24,102 nucleotides of DNA, from the IMG/VR virus record IMGVR_UViG_3300025160_000076, positions 1 through 24,102 of that record; one strand, given 5' to 3'. Of the stretch, positions 22,332-24,102 are shown piece after piece. The DNA comes from a virus. Lineage: Duplodnaviria > Caudoviricetes. The first letter of the stretch is position 1, and each line of letters begins with the position of its first letter. Under the pieces are notes generated by a model that saw nothing but the letters and a program-made list of their open reading frames with translations, was not told the origin of the DNA and did no database searches. A program made the position numbers and the translations under genes.

Positions 22332-22830
22332 GGGTGATCTAAAAAAGTTTCAGCGTCGCTTTTGGTCGAAGATCAGGATTCGAAATTCTGATCAGTGCTG
22401 GGAATGGATTGCTGCTCATCATTCATTTGGTTATGGAGTATTTCGTATCGGTAGTAAAGCCAAAGGCACAGCCTGCAATGCAAAGGCTCATCGCATGGCC
22501 TGGTTATTGACGAATGGTCCAATTCCGCCAGGTCTCCATGTACTTCATCGTTGTGATAATCCGCCTTGTTGCAATCCAGCCCACCTCTATTTGGGCAATG
22601 ATTGGGCTAACCAAAGAGATCGAGTAACAAGAGGCCGTGGAAATACCGGGAGTAAGCATCCCGCCGCCAAGTTAGATGAGCGACAAGTCAGAGAAATCAA
22701 GCAACGACTTATTGATGGAAAAATGCAGAAAGAGGTTGCGAGGGATTTCGGAATCAGTGTGCAAGCCATGAACGGAATCTGGAAGGGTCGTGTTTGGAGG
22801 CACGTTCTTTGGCCGATTCCTTACGGATAA
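22291..22830 (+). CDS. free-standing HNH homing endonuclease with a C-terminal HTH (start uncertain)
   Basis: RFWSKI...CWEW...GYGVF...AHRMAWLLTNGPIPPGLHVLHRCDNPPCCNPAHLYLGN..N, then AKLDERQVREIK...QKEVARDFGIS. Visibly more AT-rich than its neighbours. Confidence 0.9.
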   Translation: MVSSPILELTNLIEGDLKKFQRRFWSKIRIRNSDQCWEWIAAHHSFGYGVFRIGSKAKGTACNAKAHRMAWLLTNGPIPPGLHVLHRCDNPPCCNPAHLYLGNDWANQRDRVTRGRGNTGSKHPAAKLDERQVREIKQRLIDGKMQKEVARDFGISVQAMNGIWKGRVWRHVLWPIPYG

Positions 22831-22834
22831 TCTT

Positions 22835-23770
22835 ATGCGCGTTGTCTGTACCGGCAGTAACGGATTTATCGGCCGCCATACGGTTCGCCGCCTGATCGAG
22901 GCCGGGCACCGGATCCTCGGCATTGACCGTAATCTGCCGGCCTACACCGGCGATCCCTTCGGGGCCTACAAGCCGATGGCCTGGGACATCACGGATTATG
23001 CCGGGATGGAGACCGCGTTCAAACGATTCCGGCCGGACGCGGTGCTGCATCTCGCAGCGAACGCCAGTCTGCAACAGAGCATCGAAACGCCTTTCTATGA
23101 TGCCCATCACAACATCTTCGGGACGCTCTCGGTCCTGCAGGCCGCCCAGCGATCCGGCTGCAAGCGGATCGTCCTGGCCTCTACCTCGGCGGTCTATGGC
23201 CCGAAGGAGGACGGCTTGTATCTGGAGACTGATCTGGTCGCCCCGCAGTCTCCTTACGGGGTCTCTAAGGCCGCGGGCGAGATGTACTGCGCGTGCTCAG
23301 GTCTGTCCTGGGCTGCCCTTCGCTATGGCAACGTCTACGGCCCGGGCCAGAAGCCGCTCGGTGAGAACATCCTGATCGCTCGAGCCTTGGCCCACATGCT
23401 GGATGGGATTCCGTTCCAGATCAACGGCGACGGAGAACAGATTCGGGACTGGATTTACGTCAAGGACGTGGCCGAGGCGAACCTGAAAGCCCTGGAATCC
23501 GAAGATCAGGGCGCGTTCAACATTGCGACCGGCCGCGGGGCCTCGGTCAATCAGATCATTGACGAGCTTGGAACCGTCACAAGCCATGCCGATCCGATCC
23601 CGTTCGGGCCCGCGAAGCCGGGCGAGCTCCAGCGGGTCGTGATGTACATCGGACGGGCACGAATGAAACTGGGCTGGGAGCCTCAGACTGCGCTCGCCGA
23701 GGGCTTGGCCGAGACGGTCCGGGCCTGGAAACTCGAACGGGCCGAGCAGGAGCAGCCTGAGACCGCATGA
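22835..23770 (+). CDS. NAD-dependent nucleotide-sugar epimerase/dehydratase (extended SDR, GalE-like)
   Basis: MRVVCTGSNGFIG, HLAA, STSAVYG, YGVSK, LRYGNVYGPGQ and RDWIYVKDVA. Confidence 0.9.
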   Translation: MRVVCTGSNGFIGRHTVRRLIEAGHRILGIDRNLPAYTGDPFGAYKPMAWDITDYAGMETAFKRFRPDAVLHLAANASLQQSIETPFYDAHHNIFGTLSVLQAAQRSGCKRIVLASTSAVYGPKEDGLYLETDLVAPQSPYGVSKAAGEMYCACSGLSWAALRYGNVYGPGQKPLGENILIARALAHMLDGIPFQINGDGEQIRDWIYVKDVAEANLKALESEDQGAFNIATGRGASVNQIIDELGTVTSHADPIPFGPAKPGELQRVVMYIGRARMKLGWEPQTALAEGLAETVRAWKLERAEQEQPETA

Positions 23771-24102
23771 AAGTAGCCGTGGTCCCAACGTGGACGAAGC
23801 CGGATAATGCTGACGGTGGCATTAGGAGACTTATTGAAGCGGCTTGGAAATACCTGCCGCAATTTGACATTGAACCCGTGATCGGTTGGCGTGAGGCTGA
23901 TGTGGTGTGGACTCATGGGACGATGGCGGTCGATATGCCTCCAGATCGACCGATTGTCTCGACCTGCCACGGATTGATGTGGTCCCGTTACGAGTGGCCT
24001 GCATGGGCTCATGAAGTAAACCGTGAAGTCGTGCGAGCGATGGCCCGCGCCCAGTTTCACACCGCGCCGAGCGAGTGGGGCGCCAAAGCTCTCCGGCGCG
24101 GG
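23767..24102 (+). CDS. glycosyltransferase family 4-like (GT-B) N-terminus, truncated by the window edge
   Basis: Not in the ORF track. Manual translation gives MKVAVVPTW...DGGIRRLIE...ADVVWTHG...PIVSTCHGL...TAPSEWGAKAL. ATGA-coupled to the epimerase. Confidence 0.7.
   Translation, partial: MKVAVVPTWTKPDNADGGIRRLIEAAWKYLPQFDIEPVIGWREADVVWTHGTMAVDMPPDRPIVSTCHGLMWSRYEWPAWAHEVNREVVRAMARAQFHTAPSEWGAKALRRG

Noticed and set aside
1-24102. Stop-codon reassignment
   Set aside because: TAA, TAG and TGA all end genes at tight junctions, and coding density is high under the standard code.

Overview
This window is a GC-rich tailed-phage or prophage (Caudoviricetes-like) segment; the host cannot be determined from the sequence. 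The left end holds a leftward early/recombination operon (YqaJ-type exonuclease, truncated, and missed by the ORF track). A divergent promoter region then leads into a long rightward operon: GmhA-like heptose isomerase, terminase small and large subunits, a Cys-rich ORF, portal, and an ~8 kb insert (signal-peptide subtilisin S8, a putative carbohydrate-binding tip protein, two paralogous fibre-like proteins and three paralogous small adaptor-like proteins). It continues with an intein-containing MuF-like head protein, an HK97-gp10-like protein, prohead protease/scaffold and the probable major capsid protein. A glycan cassette follows (SAM methyltransferase, HddA-like heptose kinase, GT2, NAD-dependent epimerase, truncated GT4). 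Highlights read directly from the sequence: (1) an ORF-less 228-nt group I intron (11813-12040) splits a fibre-like gene and has a free-standing LAGLIDADG endonuclease beside it; (2) an intein carries its HNH endonuclease in the +1 frame with its own promoter (dual coding); (3) the phage encodes a GmhA+HddA heptose pathway with glycosyltransferases next to the capsid gene, suggesting virion glycosylation; (4) the fibre/adaptor array looks like a chain-assembled appendage; (5) ATC and CTG appear to serve as start codons. All family calls come from motif recognition by eye, not from database searches.
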